33,286 bases of DNA, taken from the NCBI GenBank assembly GCA_964420785.1, contig CAYQVE010000003.1, forward strand, positions 1-33,286. Reading direction: 5' to 3'. The position numbers were made by a program, and so were the translations under genes. Origin of the DNA: an uncultured Enterobacteriaceae bacterium (GTDB taxonomy: Bacteria; Pseudomonadota; Gammaproteobacteria; Burkholderiales; SG8-39). Shown here one piece after another: positions 24,987-33,229 of this stretch. The notes under the pieces are model-generated. The model worked only from the letters and a program-made list of their open reading frames with translations. It made no database searches and had not been told where the DNA came from. How positions within the stretch are numbered: position 1 is the stretch's first letter; every line of letters begins with the position of its first letter.

Positions 24987-26780
24987 ATGCATCTGCTCGA
25001 ACAGGCTGCCGTCTTTCTTCTCACCGCGGTCTTGCTGGTGCCGCTGTTTCAACGTTTGAAGCTCGGCGCCGTGCTCGGCTATCTCGGCGCCGGCATGCTC
25101 ATCGGCCCCTGGGGCCTGGGCATGATCGGCGAGGTCGAATCCACGCTGCAGTTCGCCGAGTTCGGCGTGGTGCTCCTGCTTTTCCTGGTGGGCCTCGAGC
25201 TGCAGCCCAGCCGCCTCTGGGTGCTGCGCCGACCGGTGTTCGGCCTCGGCGGCACGCAGGTGCTGGCGACCGGCGCGGCGCTCTTCGCTGTGTGCCTCGC
25301 GTTCGGCCTCTCTTGGCAGGCCGCGCTGGTCGCCGGCCTCGGGCTGGCGATGTCCTCCACCGCTCTCGTTCTCGCGTCGCTCGCGGAGCGCAAGCAGCTC
25401 GCCACGCGCCACGGGCGCGAGGCGTTCGCGGTACTCTTGTTCCAGGATCTTTCGGTTATCCCCCTGCTCGCGCTGCTGCCCCTCTTGAGCGATTCCGGAG
25501 CGCATGCCGCGGGCGGGTGGACTTCCGCGGCGAAAGCCTTGGCGGTCATCGGGGTGGTCATCGCGGCAAGCCGCCTGGTCGTGGGCCCGGTGCTGAAGGC
25601 CGTGGCCAGCTACGGGGGACGTGAAGTGTTCACCGCTGCTGCGTTGCTGCTCGTAATAGGCGCCGCGCTCATCATGGAGAAAATCGGCCTGTCCGCCTCG
25701 CTCGGCGCCTTCCTCGCGGGCGTGCTCCTTGCCGACTCCGAGTTTCGCCACGAGCTGGAGGCCGATATCGAGCCCTTCAAGAGCTTGCTCCTCGGGCTCT
25801 TCTTCATCGCGGTGGGAATGAGCGCCAACCTCGCTCTGGTGTGGAACAGGCCGCTTACGGTGTTCGGCCTGGCCGCCGGGCTGACGACCGCGAAGTTCAT
25901 TCTGATGTACGCGATCGCGAGAATCGGCCGTGCGCCGAACGAAACCGCACAGCGGCTGGCAGTCGCCGTCTCGCAGGGCGGGGAGTTTGCCTTCGTCCTC
26001 TTCACTGCGGCGGGCTCGCTCGGCATATTCGATGCGGGCACGGGCGAGCTCCTCGTGGTCGTGGTCACGGTCTCGATGCTCCTGTCGCCGCCCCTGTTCG
26101 AGCTGCACGAGCGCCTGCTCGCGCGCTGGATCGAGGGTCGTGCGGCCCCCGAGTTCGACACGATCGCAGGCCGCGGCAACCCGGTCATCATCGCCGGTTA
26201 CGGGCGTGTGGGGCAGATCGTATCGCGCATACTGCGCATGTGCGGCGTGCCGTTCACGGCGCTCGAAGTGAGCTACCAGCAGGTGGATTTCGTCAGGCGC
26301 TTCGGCGGCAAGGTGTACTACGGGGACGCTTCGCGCCTGGAGCTGCTCGAGGCGGCGAAAACGGGCGAAGCCAGGCTTTTCGTGCTCGCCATCGACGACG
26401 TCGAGGCCTCGGTAAAGACCGCCGCGATCGTGCGCAAACATTTTCCCGACGTTCCGATTCTCGCCCGCGCGCGCAACCGTGTTCATCTGTTCCGCCTGCG
26501 TGATCTCGGCGTCAAGCTCATCTGGCGCGAAACCTTTTCGGCAAGCCTGGACATCGCGCGGCACACGCTCCTTTCCCTGGGTTTCGGGATCGCCGCCTCC
26601 GAGCGCGCCGTGAGCCTGTTCAAGCAGCACGACGAGCAGCGGCTCGATGCGCAGTACGTGGTCCAGCACGACGAGGCGCAGCTCATCCAGACTACCAAGG
26701 AAGCCGCGGCGCAGTTGCAGGAGCTGTTCGAATCAGACGGCCTGCAGCCCCTGCCCGGCTTCCCACAACCCGGGCGGTAG
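24987..26780 (+). CDS. kefC: glutathione-regulated K+-efflux (CPA2 family) antiporter KefB/KefC
   Basis: A Na_H-exchanger membrane domain is followed by a TrkA-N domain (VIIAGYGRVGQIV). The protein is 597 aa. Confidence 0.9.
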   Translation: MHLLEQAAVFLLTAVLLVPLFQRLKLGAVLGYLGAGMLIGPWGLGMIGEVESTLQFAEFGVVLLLFLVGLELQPSRLWVLRRPVFGLGGTQVLATGAALFAVCLAFGLSWQAALVAGLGLAMSSTALVLASLAERKQLATRHGREAFAVLLFQDLSVIPLLALLPLLSDSGAHAAGGWTSAAKALAVIGVVIAASRLVVGPVLKAVASYGGREVFTAAALLLVIGAALIMEKIGLSASLGAFLAGVLLADSEFRHELEADIEPFKSLLLGLFFIAVGMSANLALVWNRPLTVFGLAAGLTTAKFILMYAIARIGRAPNETAQRLAVAVSQGGEFAFVLFTAAGSLGIFDAGTGELLVVVVTVSMLLSPPLFELHERLLARWIEGRAAPEFDTIAGRGNPVIIAGYGRVGQIVSRILRMCGVPFTALEVSYQQVDFVRRFGGKVYYGDASRLELLEAAKTGEARLFVLAIDDVEASVKTAAIVRKHFPDVPILARARNRVHLFRLRDLGVKLIWRETFSASLDIARHTLLSLGFGIAASERAVSLFKQHDEQRLDAQYVVQHDEAQLIQTTKEAAAQLQELFESDGLQPLPGFPQPGR

Positions 26781-26789
26781 AATAGCCGC

Positions 26790-27416
26790 GTGAAGAACGT
26801 CGTCATCTTGATCTCCGGTCGCGGCAGCAACATGGAGGCGATCGTGCGTGCGGGGCTTCCCGCGAGGATCGCCGCCGTGATCAGCAACCGTGCGGACGCT
26901 GCGGGTTTGAAATTTGCCGCGCAGTCGGGCCTTCCCGCGAAAGTCGTCGATGAGCGCGAGTTTCCGTCCCGCGGGGCTTTCGACGCCGCACTCGAGACGG
27001 CGATCGAACGGTATTCGCCCGACCTCGTCGCGCTCGCCGGCTTCATGCGCATCCTTGGCCGCGATTTCGTGCGGCACTACTCGGGTCGGATGGTCAACAT
27101 CCATCCGTCGCTGCTGCCGGCGTTTCCCGGGCTGCACACGCACCGGCGCGCCCTCCAGGAAGGCGTGAAACTCCACGGCTGCACGGTGCATTTCGTCACG
27201 CCGCAGGTCGACCACGGTCCGATCATCGCGCAGGCGGCGATTCCGGTGCACGCCGGCGACACCGAAGCGACGCTCGCGGCGCGGGTGCTGCAGCAGGAAC
27301 ACCGTATCTATCCTCTGGCGATACGTTGGTTCGTCGAGGGCCGGCTCGCGGTCGAGAACGGTATCGTGCGCGTTGACGGGTCCGGGGCGCGACAGGCGCT
27401 GCTCGTCGAAGAATGA
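26790..27416 (+). CDS. purN: phosphoribosylglycinamide formyltransferase
   Basis: VILISGRGSNMEAI and NIHPSLLPAFPG...HGCTVHFV are present. Confidence 0.95.
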   Translation: MKNVVILISGRGSNMEAIVRAGLPARIAAVISNRADAAGLKFAAQSGLPAKVVDEREFPSRGAFDAALETAIERYSPDLVALAGFMRILGRDFVRHYSGRMVNIHPSLLPAFPGLHTHRRALQEGVKLHGCTVHFVTPQVDHGPIIAQAAIPVHAGDTEATLAARVLQQEHRIYPLAIRWFVEGRLAVENGIVRVDGSGARQALLVEE

Positions 27417-28108
27417 TCTCCCGTCCGGTCCGCCGAGCAGGTGTTGCATTGCTCGCTCTGTGGACCGCCATGGTCCAGGCGGCGCCGCCGGAGCGAATCA
27501 CGCTGACCTACGAGATGAAGCGCAATGGGATGGTCTTGGGAGACATCTCGGAAACGCTCGAGCACGACGGCCGCACATACGCGATCACCTCCGAGGTGAA
27601 GGGCAGGGGGATCCTCGCGCTGTTCGGGGTCCTGAAGCGCACCAGCCGCGGTCGCATCACTCCGAAAGGGCTTCGGCCCGACGAATTCCGTGACGAACGG
27701 GGCAGCAGCTGGGCGGTATCGGCGAAATTCGATTGGGACGCGCGTTCGGTGACGCAGGAGCGCAAGGGGAAATCGGAGACGCTGCAGATGCAGGGAATCG
27801 CCCAGGATCCCTTGAGCCTCGCCTACAGCTTTGCATTCGTTCCGCCCAAGGGCAAGGAATACGACGTGACGCGCGCGGACGGGCGGGGGCTGACTCCATT
27901 CCGCTTCACCCTCGTCGGTACCGAGGCGCTCACCACGCCCGCGGGCGAGATGCAGACGCTGCACATCGCGAAATTGCGCGACGGACCCGAGGACAAGGCG
28001 ACCGACATCTGGTTCGCCGCCGAGCGCGATTTCCTGCCGGTGCGCGTGCTGGTCGTGGATTCGGACGGAACGCGCTCTGACCAGATCGTCACGCGCATCG
28101 GCAAGTGA
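27413..28108 (+). CDS. DUF3108 domain protein (periplasmic)
   Basis: A signal peptide is present. The position between purN and rsmB and the beta-rich sequence are typical of DUF3108. The start overlaps purN as ATGA. Confidence 0.75.
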   Translation: MISRPVRRAGVALLALWTAMVQAAPPERITLTYEMKRNGMVLGDISETLEHDGRTYAITSEVKGRGILALFGVLKRTSRGRITPKGLRPDEFRDERGSSWAVSAKFDWDARSVTQERKGKSETLQMQGIAQDPLSLAYSFAFVPPKGKEYDVTRADGRGLTPFRFTLVGTEALTTPAGEMQTLHIAKLRDGPEDKATDIWFAAERDFLPVRVLVVDSDGTRSDQIVTRIGK

Positions 28109-29361
28109 CGCGCTTTTCGCGCCCGCTGCTGGACGCGTGCACGGCCGCCTTTGCGGCCGTGTTGCCGCTCGAACAACCCGCCGATGCGACCCTCTCGGCG
28201 TTTTTCCGCAGCCACGTCGGGATCGGCCGGCGCGACCGCGCCATGATCGCCGATTCGGTGTACGCGGCGCTCAGGCGCCGGCGCCTTCTCGAGCGCGTCG
28301 CGGCGACGCAGAGCCCGCGGCGTCTTGCGCTCGCGACCTGGATCGCGCTGCTCGGCGCGAACTTGCGGGAGCTCGCCCCCTGGGTGCGCGGCGACGAGTC
28401 CGAGTGGCTCGCCTCGGTAAAGCGCGACGCGGCTGCTCCGCAGCCCTTCGAGGTCGAGTGCGAGCTTCCGGATTGGGCGATCGAGCGCCTGAGCGCCCGC
28501 TACGATGAAAGTGCGCTGCTCGCAATGGCGAAGGGCCTGCTGCAGAACGCGCCCCTCGACCTGCGCGTGAATCCGCTGAAGATCTCGCGCGAAACGGCGC
28601 TCGAACGGCTCGCGGCCGACGGGTTTCGCGCCGCCGCGATGCCGTACTCCCCCGAGGGGATCCGCCTCGCGGATAAGCCCGCGATCAACCGGCACGCCCT
28701 GTTTCTCGAGGGCAGCATAGAGGTGCAGGACGAAGGGAGCCAATTGCTCTGCCATCTGGTCGCGCCCAAGCGCGGCGAGATGGTCGTGGATTTCTGCGCG
28801 GGCGCCGGTGGCAAGACGCTTGCACTCGGGGCCCTCATGCGCTCGACGGGACGCCTCTACGCGTTCGATGTTTCAGCGAAGCGGCTCGCCGGGCTGAAGC
28901 CACGGCTTGCGCGCTCGGGACTCTCCAACGTGCATCCGCAGCGGATCGAGGGCGTGAACGACGCGCGCGTGAAGCGCCTCGCCGGCAAGATCGATCGCGT
29001 GCTCGTGGATGCACCCTGCAGCGGCCTGGGGACGCTGCGGCGCAATCCCGACATGAAGTGGCGCCGAACGCCCGAGGATATTGCGGAGCTCGTGGAAAAG
29101 CAGAAATCGATTCTCGCTGCCGCCGCGCGGCTCGTGAAGCCGGGCGGGCGGCTCGTCTATGCCACCTGCAGCATCCTCGAGGAAGAAAACCGCGGCGTCG
29201 TCGAGGAATTTCTGCGCGATCCCCAGTTCACGTTACGGCCCGCGGGCGAAGTGCTTGAAAAAGGCGGCATCCGGCTCCAGTTAGGGGAGTATCTCGAGCT
29301 TTGGCCGCACCGGCACGGCACCGACGCGTTCTTTGCCGCGGTGCTCGAGCGTGCCGCATGA
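28105..29361 (+). CDS. rsmB: 16S rRNA (cytosine-C5)-methyltransferase, RsmB/Sun family
   Basis: VDFCAGAGGKT (SAM site), DRVLVDAPCSGLGTLRRNPD and VYATCS are present. Confidence 0.85.
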   Translation: MTRFSRPLLDACTAAFAAVLPLEQPADATLSAFFRSHVGIGRRDRAMIADSVYAALRRRRLLERVAATQSPRRLALATWIALLGANLRELAPWVRGDESEWLASVKRDAAAPQPFEVECELPDWAIERLSARYDESALLAMAKGLLQNAPLDLRVNPLKISRETALERLAADGFRAAAMPYSPEGIRLADKPAINRHALFLEGSIEVQDEGSQLLCHLVAPKRGEMVVDFCAGAGGKTLALGALMRSTGRLYAFDVSAKRLAGLKPRLARSGLSNVHPQRIEGVNDARVKRLAGKIDRVLVDAPCSGLGTLRRNPDMKWRRTPEDIAELVEKQKSILAAAARLVKPGGRLVYATCSILEEENRGVVEEFLRDPQFTLRPAGEVLEKGGIRLQLGEYLELWPHRHGTDAFFAAVLERAA

Positions 29362-29564
29362 ACTAGGATCGAAGGCTTTCGCGCACGAATATCCGTGCAT
29401 GTCCTGCGTGAAAATCTCACGTATCGGAACTAAATTTCCGCGAATTTACCAACTTGCAAGGACATGAATAGGATCAGGAAATCCCTGAGCGGAGCATAGG
29501 GGATAATGCCCTTGCCCTTTATGAGGATTCACGTAGAATCCGCAGGATCTCAGAGGGGAGCTTG

Positions 29565-30752
29565 ATGGAATCCAGCGTCCTGTTTTCGGGCGTTTTCGAC
29601 CTGCCGTGGTGGGGCTACGTCCTCGCCGCCATCGGTCTTACCCATATCACCATCATCAGCGTGACGGTGTTCCTGCATCGCTGCCAGGCGCACCGCGCGC
29701 TCGATCTGCATCCGCTGGCGAGCCACTTCTTTCGTCTGTGGCTGTGGATGACGACCGGCATGGTGACCAAGGAGTGGGCTGCGATCCACCGCAAGCACCA
29801 CGCCAAATGCGAAACTCCTGAAGACCCGCACAGCCCGCAGCAGGTCGGAATCAACCGCGTGCTCTGGGGCGGCGTGTTTCTGTACGTCAAAGAGTCCTAC
29901 AACCGCGAGACGATGGCCCGCTATGGCCACGGCACGCCCGACGACTGGCTCGAGCGCAACGTCTACTCCCGCTTCTCCATACTCGGCATCACCCTTACGG
30001 GCGTTGCGAACGTCATGCTGTTCGGCATCGTTCCGGGTGCCCTGATACTCGTTGCGCAGATCGCCTGGATCCCGTTCTGGGCGGCAGGAGTCATCAACGG
30101 CATCGGACATTTCTGGGGATACCGGAACTGGCAGACCGAGGACGCGAGCACGAACATCGTTCCCTGGGGCATCATCATCGGCGGCGAGGAGTTGCACAAC
30201 AACCACCACGCCTATGCGACCTCGGCGAAGCTTTCCAACAAGTGGTACGAGATCGACTTGGGTTGGATGTACATTTGCCTGCTCGAGGCGCTCGGCCTCG
30301 CGCAGGTGAAGAAGGTGGCGCCGACGCCGCGTTTCACCGATGCGAAACCCGCAGTGGACTCTGAGACGCTGCAGGCCGTGATCACGCACCGCTACGACGT
30401 TCTCGCGAAATACGCCAAGTCGCTCAAGCGCACCTACGCCGAGGAGCTCGGCAAGCTGCGCCGGCTGGCGCCGCACGACGCGCACGTTCTGAAGAGCCTG
30501 AAGTGCTGGCTCCACCGCGACGAAAAATCGCTGTGCGAGACCGAGCGCGCGAACCTCAAGCAAGGCCTTGCGAAATCGCGCGCGTTGCACACCGTGTACT
30601 CGATGCGCGCGGAGCTCGCGTCGCTGTGGGAGCGCTCGAGTGCGTCCCGCGAGCAGCTCGTTCGGCAGCTGCAGGACTGGTGCCACCGCGCCGAAGCGAG
30701 CGGCATCCGCCCGCTCGCTGAATTCTCGCACCGGCTGCGCCGCTACGCCTAG
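29565..30752 (+). CDS. desA: membrane fatty-acid (delta-9 phospholipid) desaturase, DesA-like
   Basis: The His boxes HRCQAHR, HRKHHAKCE and HNNHHAY are present. The protein is colinear with Pseudomonas DesA as I recall it. Confidence 0.9.
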   Translation: MESSVLFSGVFDLPWWGYVLAAIGLTHITIISVTVFLHRCQAHRALDLHPLASHFFRLWLWMTTGMVTKEWAAIHRKHHAKCETPEDPHSPQQVGINRVLWGGVFLYVKESYNRETMARYGHGTPDDWLERNVYSRFSILGITLTGVANVMLFGIVPGALILVAQIAWIPFWAAGVINGIGHFWGYRNWQTEDASTNIVPWGIIIGGEELHNNHHAYATSAKLSNKWYEIDLGWMYICLLEALGLAQVKKVAPTPRFTDAKPAVDSETLQAVITHRYDVLAKYAKSLKRTYAEELGKLRRLAPHDAHVLKSLKCWLHRDEKSLCETERANLKQGLAKSRALHTVYSMRAELASLWERSSASREQLVRQLQDWCHRAEASGIRPLAEFSHRLRRYA

Positions 30753-30787
30753 GGCGCTTCACTCCCGTGGAAGCGGGAGACCTCGAG

Positions 30788-30814
30788 AAACCCGCCCGAC
30801 CGGCGGGTTTTTTG
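30788..30814 (+). terminator. intrinsic terminator after desA
   Basis: AAACCCGCC-CGAC-(C)GGCGGGTTT is followed by a T run. Confidence 0.7.
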
Positions 30815-30904
30815 TTCCCCGCAGCGCGCCACCGCACTTCCGGGTAGCATATACGGCGCTAGCCGGTTTCGGGGGGGTATTTACAGCAAGAAAGGAGACG
30901 TGGG

Positions 30905-31174
30905 ATGAAGAGCCTTATCGCGGTAGCTGCGTCGATGTTGATTGCTTCGCCGGCCCTTGCGCAGGTGAAGCCTTGCGAGGAACTCAAGTCCGAGATCGAG
31001 GCGAAGATCAAGGCGAACGGCGTGCCAGTCTTTACGCTGGACATCGTTCCCAACGAACAGGTAAAGGAAGGTGAAGGCAAGGTCGTCGGGACCTGCGACG
31101 GCAGCACCCAGAAGATCGTCTACAAGCGCGGCGTTGCAGAGGCCCCGCGCGATACCAAGGCGCCGACAAAGTAG
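30905..31174 (+). CDS. DUF1161 domain protein (small periplasmic)
   Basis: A signal peptide is followed by CEELKSEIEAKIKANGV...VVGTCDGSTQKIVYKR. Confidence 0.8.
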   Translation: MKSLIAVAASMLIASPALAQVKPCEELKSEIEAKIKANGVPVFTLDIVPNEQVKEGEGKVVGTCDGSTQKIVYKRGVAEAPRDTKAPTK

Positions 31175-31213
31175 ACGCGCTTCGCAGCTTGGTCGGCCGA
31201 CGCCGGCTAAACG

Positions 31214-31239
31214 AAAAGCCCGCTTTCGCGGGCTTTTTA
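31214..31239. terminator. bidirectional intrinsic terminator (serves rpmG and the DUF1161 gene)
   Basis: AAAAGCCCGC-TTTC-GCGGGCTTTT forms the hairpin. Confidence 0.7.
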
Positions 31240-31392
31240 TTTGATTTTTGTTTCCTTGTAGATGACGTGCTTGCGCGCCCGGGGGTCGTACTTCTTCATT
31301 TCGATCTTGTCGGGCGTGGTGCGCTTGTTCTTGGTGGTGGTGTAGAAATGGCCGGTGCCGGCTGTCGATTCGAGCTTGATTTTCTCGCGCAT
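31237..31392 (-). CDS. rpmG: 50S ribosomal protein L33
   Basis: [51 protein letters not shown]. Confidence 0.95.
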   Translation of the reverse strand: MREKIKLESTAGTGHFYTTTKNKRTTPDKIEMKKYDPRARKHVIYKETKIK

Positions 31393-31409
31393 CGCCGCAG
31401 CTCCCTGAG

Positions 31410-31643
31410 CTAGATCTCGCCGCGCTCGCGCAGCTCTTTGAGCACGGCGTCGATGCCCTTCTTGTCGATGATGCGCACGCCCGCGTTGGAAGTGCGCAGC
31501 CTCACCCAGCGCTTCTCGCTTTCCACCCAGAAGCGGCGGTACTGCAGGTTCGGGTAGAACCGGCGTATGGTCTTGTTGTTGGCGTGAGACACATGGTGTC
31601 CCACCTGGGGCTTCTTGCCCGTTACCTGGCAGACGCGCGCCAT
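31410..31643 (-). CDS. rpmB: 50S ribosomal protein L28
   Basis: [34 protein letters not shown].... Confidence 0.95.
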   Translation of the reverse strand: MARVCQVTGKKPQVGHHVSHANNKTIRRFYPNLQYRRFWVESEKRWVRLRTSNAGVRIIDKKGIDAVLKELRERGEI

Positions 31644-31734
31644 GCGATGCTCCGCGAAAGAAGGGGCGCATTATAGGTCGAAACCGGGCGCGCGTTCAAG
31701 CTCAACGCCGCAGCGAAGGATCCGCCGAGAATCG

Positions 31735-31960
31735 TCACAGCAGCCCGCGTTCGGCAAAAGACATCGTGCGGCTGCCGGCGACGATGAAATGGTCTAGCAC
31801 CTGAATATCGACCAGGGCGAGCGCGCTTTTCAGCGAGCGTGTGAGGATCTCGTCGGCATGGCTCGGCTCGGCGACACCGGAGGGGTGATTGTGCGCGAAG
31901 ATTACGGCCGCCGCGTTATGCCGCAGCGAGCACTTCACCACTTCGCGCGGATAGGGGAAG
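31735..31960 (-). pseudogene. radC: radC (UPF0758/JAB-domain) 3' fragment; the N-terminal two-thirds are missing
   Basis: ...[58 protein letters not shown]...SFAERGLL is the RadC C-terminal JAB domain. An in-frame TAA lies at about 31966-31968 and no RadC-like sequence follows. Confidence 0.8.
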
Positions 31961-31963
31961 GTT

Positions 31964-32141
31964 TCTTAGACTAAGTCCCTTCGGACCTGTGCCGGTCCTC
32001 TTGGCCGGGAAGATTACCCAGCAGGGACGAGGACGCCGAAAACGAGGGAAACCAAAGCCGTGATGAGACCAGCAGGAGGACCTACCTCTTATGCTGGTTC
32101 TGCTGACGAGGAGCGTGTCTAGACGGCCCTTTAGTCCAAGG
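31964..32141 (+). ncRNA. candidate structured non-coding RNA (retron msr-msd-like geometry; family unassigned)
   Basis: There is no plausible ORF. The ends pair (31964-31975 with 32129-32141). Hairpins lie at 31975-31986 and 31992-32008. A long composite hairpin pairs 32019-32024 with 32100-32105 and 32068-32079 with 32085-32098. A 43-nt purine-rich loop spans 32025-32067. Confidence 0.35.
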
Positions 32142-32272
32142 CTTGCACGCACGTTCCGATTCGCCTGATTGAATAGCCGAAGTTAGCACCGGTGTACTTG
32201 CAAGGGTGTAACCTTGCATGGTCCGCATATTCTGACGTTACACCCCTTTTCATCTTGTCCCGGGAGATTTTC

Positions 32273-33229
32273 ATGAATGAGGAACTCCAGAAGCCGGCGA
32301 AGAAAAAGGAGGCGGCGAAAAGGAAAACTGCCAAGCAAGGCGCCAGCACCTCCGCACAGACGGCGTCCGCCAAAGGGAAGCCGTGGACATTCCCAAAGAA
32401 CTCTTTGGAAGATGCGATTGGGATCGCCAAGGCGATCGAAGAGAAGAATGCGGGAAATCCAATGCCCGCGCAGGACGTCGCAATTGCTGTTGGCTTCAAG
32501 CAGTCTAGCGACTGGCGATTCCTCGACCTCCTTCGGTCGGCCAACCAGTACGGACTCGTAACCGGCTCCGGTGCAGCGGCCACCATACATCTTGTACAAC
32601 TCGGCCAAGATGTCGTTGCGCCCAGCTCTCCAAGCCAGCGCTCAGAGGCCCTGCTACGTGCGTTCCGGAGTGTCAAGGAGTTCGAGGCAGTCGAGAAACA
32701 CTATGGCGGTAAGCGCATACCGGAGGACGAGTTCTTCCTGAACACACTAACTCGCGAGTTCAATATCCCCAGAGACCGAGCTGAACAGTTCGCGAAGATC
32801 TTTCTAGAAAACCTCAAGTACCTGCGCGCATTCGCACCAACGGTCAGTGTGACGGACTCCAAACCTGTATCAGTCGAAGGCATCGTAGCGCCGACTCCTC
32901 CAGACAAGGTTCCGAGCCCTATAGTTTCGAAGGAGCCGCGCGTTAGAGAATTTCTAGACACATGTTTCGTGATGATGCCGTTCGGCGCGTGGTTCGACAG
33001 GTACTATGCCGAAATCTATGTCCCTGCAATAAAGGAGGCAGGTTTCGAACCAGTTCGTGCGGACGAACTCTTCACGACGGGTAGCGTGGTCGAGCAGATA
33101 TGGGAACAGATCGAGAAAGCGAAGCTCTTGCTCGCGGACTTGTCGGGTAAGAACCCCAACGTATTCTATGAGCTCGGGCTCGCACATGCCGCCAGGGAAC
33201 CCGTTTGCCTCCAGGGCGGGACAATTTAA
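32273..33229 (+). CDS. Lys-rich N-terminus, winged-helix-like domains and a nucleoside 2-deoxyribosyltransferase/TIR-like domain (apparently C-terminally truncated)
   Basis: The ATG at 32273 has GGGAG 6 nt upstream. The middle segment is WTFPKNSLEDAIGIAKAIEE...YGLVTGSG. The C-terminus is CFVMMPFGAWFDRYY...AKLLLADLSGKNPNVFYELGLAHAAREPV, and the ORF then stops after 7 more residues. Confidence 0.7.
   Translation: MNEELQKPAKKKEAAKRKTAKQGASTSAQTASAKGKPWTFPKNSLEDAIGIAKAIEEKNAGNPMPAQDVAIAVGFKQSSDWRFLDLLRSANQYGLVTGSGAAATIHLVQLGQDVVAPSSPSQRSEALLRAFRSVKEFEAVEKHYGGKRIPEDEFFLNTLTREFNIPRDRAEQFAKIFLENLKYLRAFAPTVSVTDSKPVSVEGIVAPTPPDKVPSPIVSKEPRVREFLDTCFVMMPFGAWFDRYYAEIYVPAIKEAGFEPVRADELFTTGSVVEQIWEQIEKAKLLLADLSGKNPNVFYELGLAHAAREPVCLQGGTI

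Noticed and set aside
32065-32100. Hairpin GAGACCAGCA...UGCUGGUUC resembling group II intron domain V
   Set aside because: The loop is ACCUA rather than GNRA, and the bulge geometry differs. There is no 5' GUGYG, no domain VI bulged A and no RT/maturase ORF nearby.
32060-32116. Hammerhead-ribozyme-like strings (UGAUGAG at 32061-32067, CUGACGAG at 32103-32110)
   Set aside because: Neither string is followed by a stem II plus GAAA and a stem III/cleavage-site arrangement. The matches are short and expected by chance in purine-rich sequence.
32220-32270. UGGUCCG and CCCGGGAGA strings reminiscent of the guanidine-I (ykkC) riboswitch
   Set aside because: The conserved 5' GGGUUCCG element and overall P1/P2 layout are missing. 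CCCGGGAGA simply contains the RBS. The downstream gene is not a guanidine-related function.
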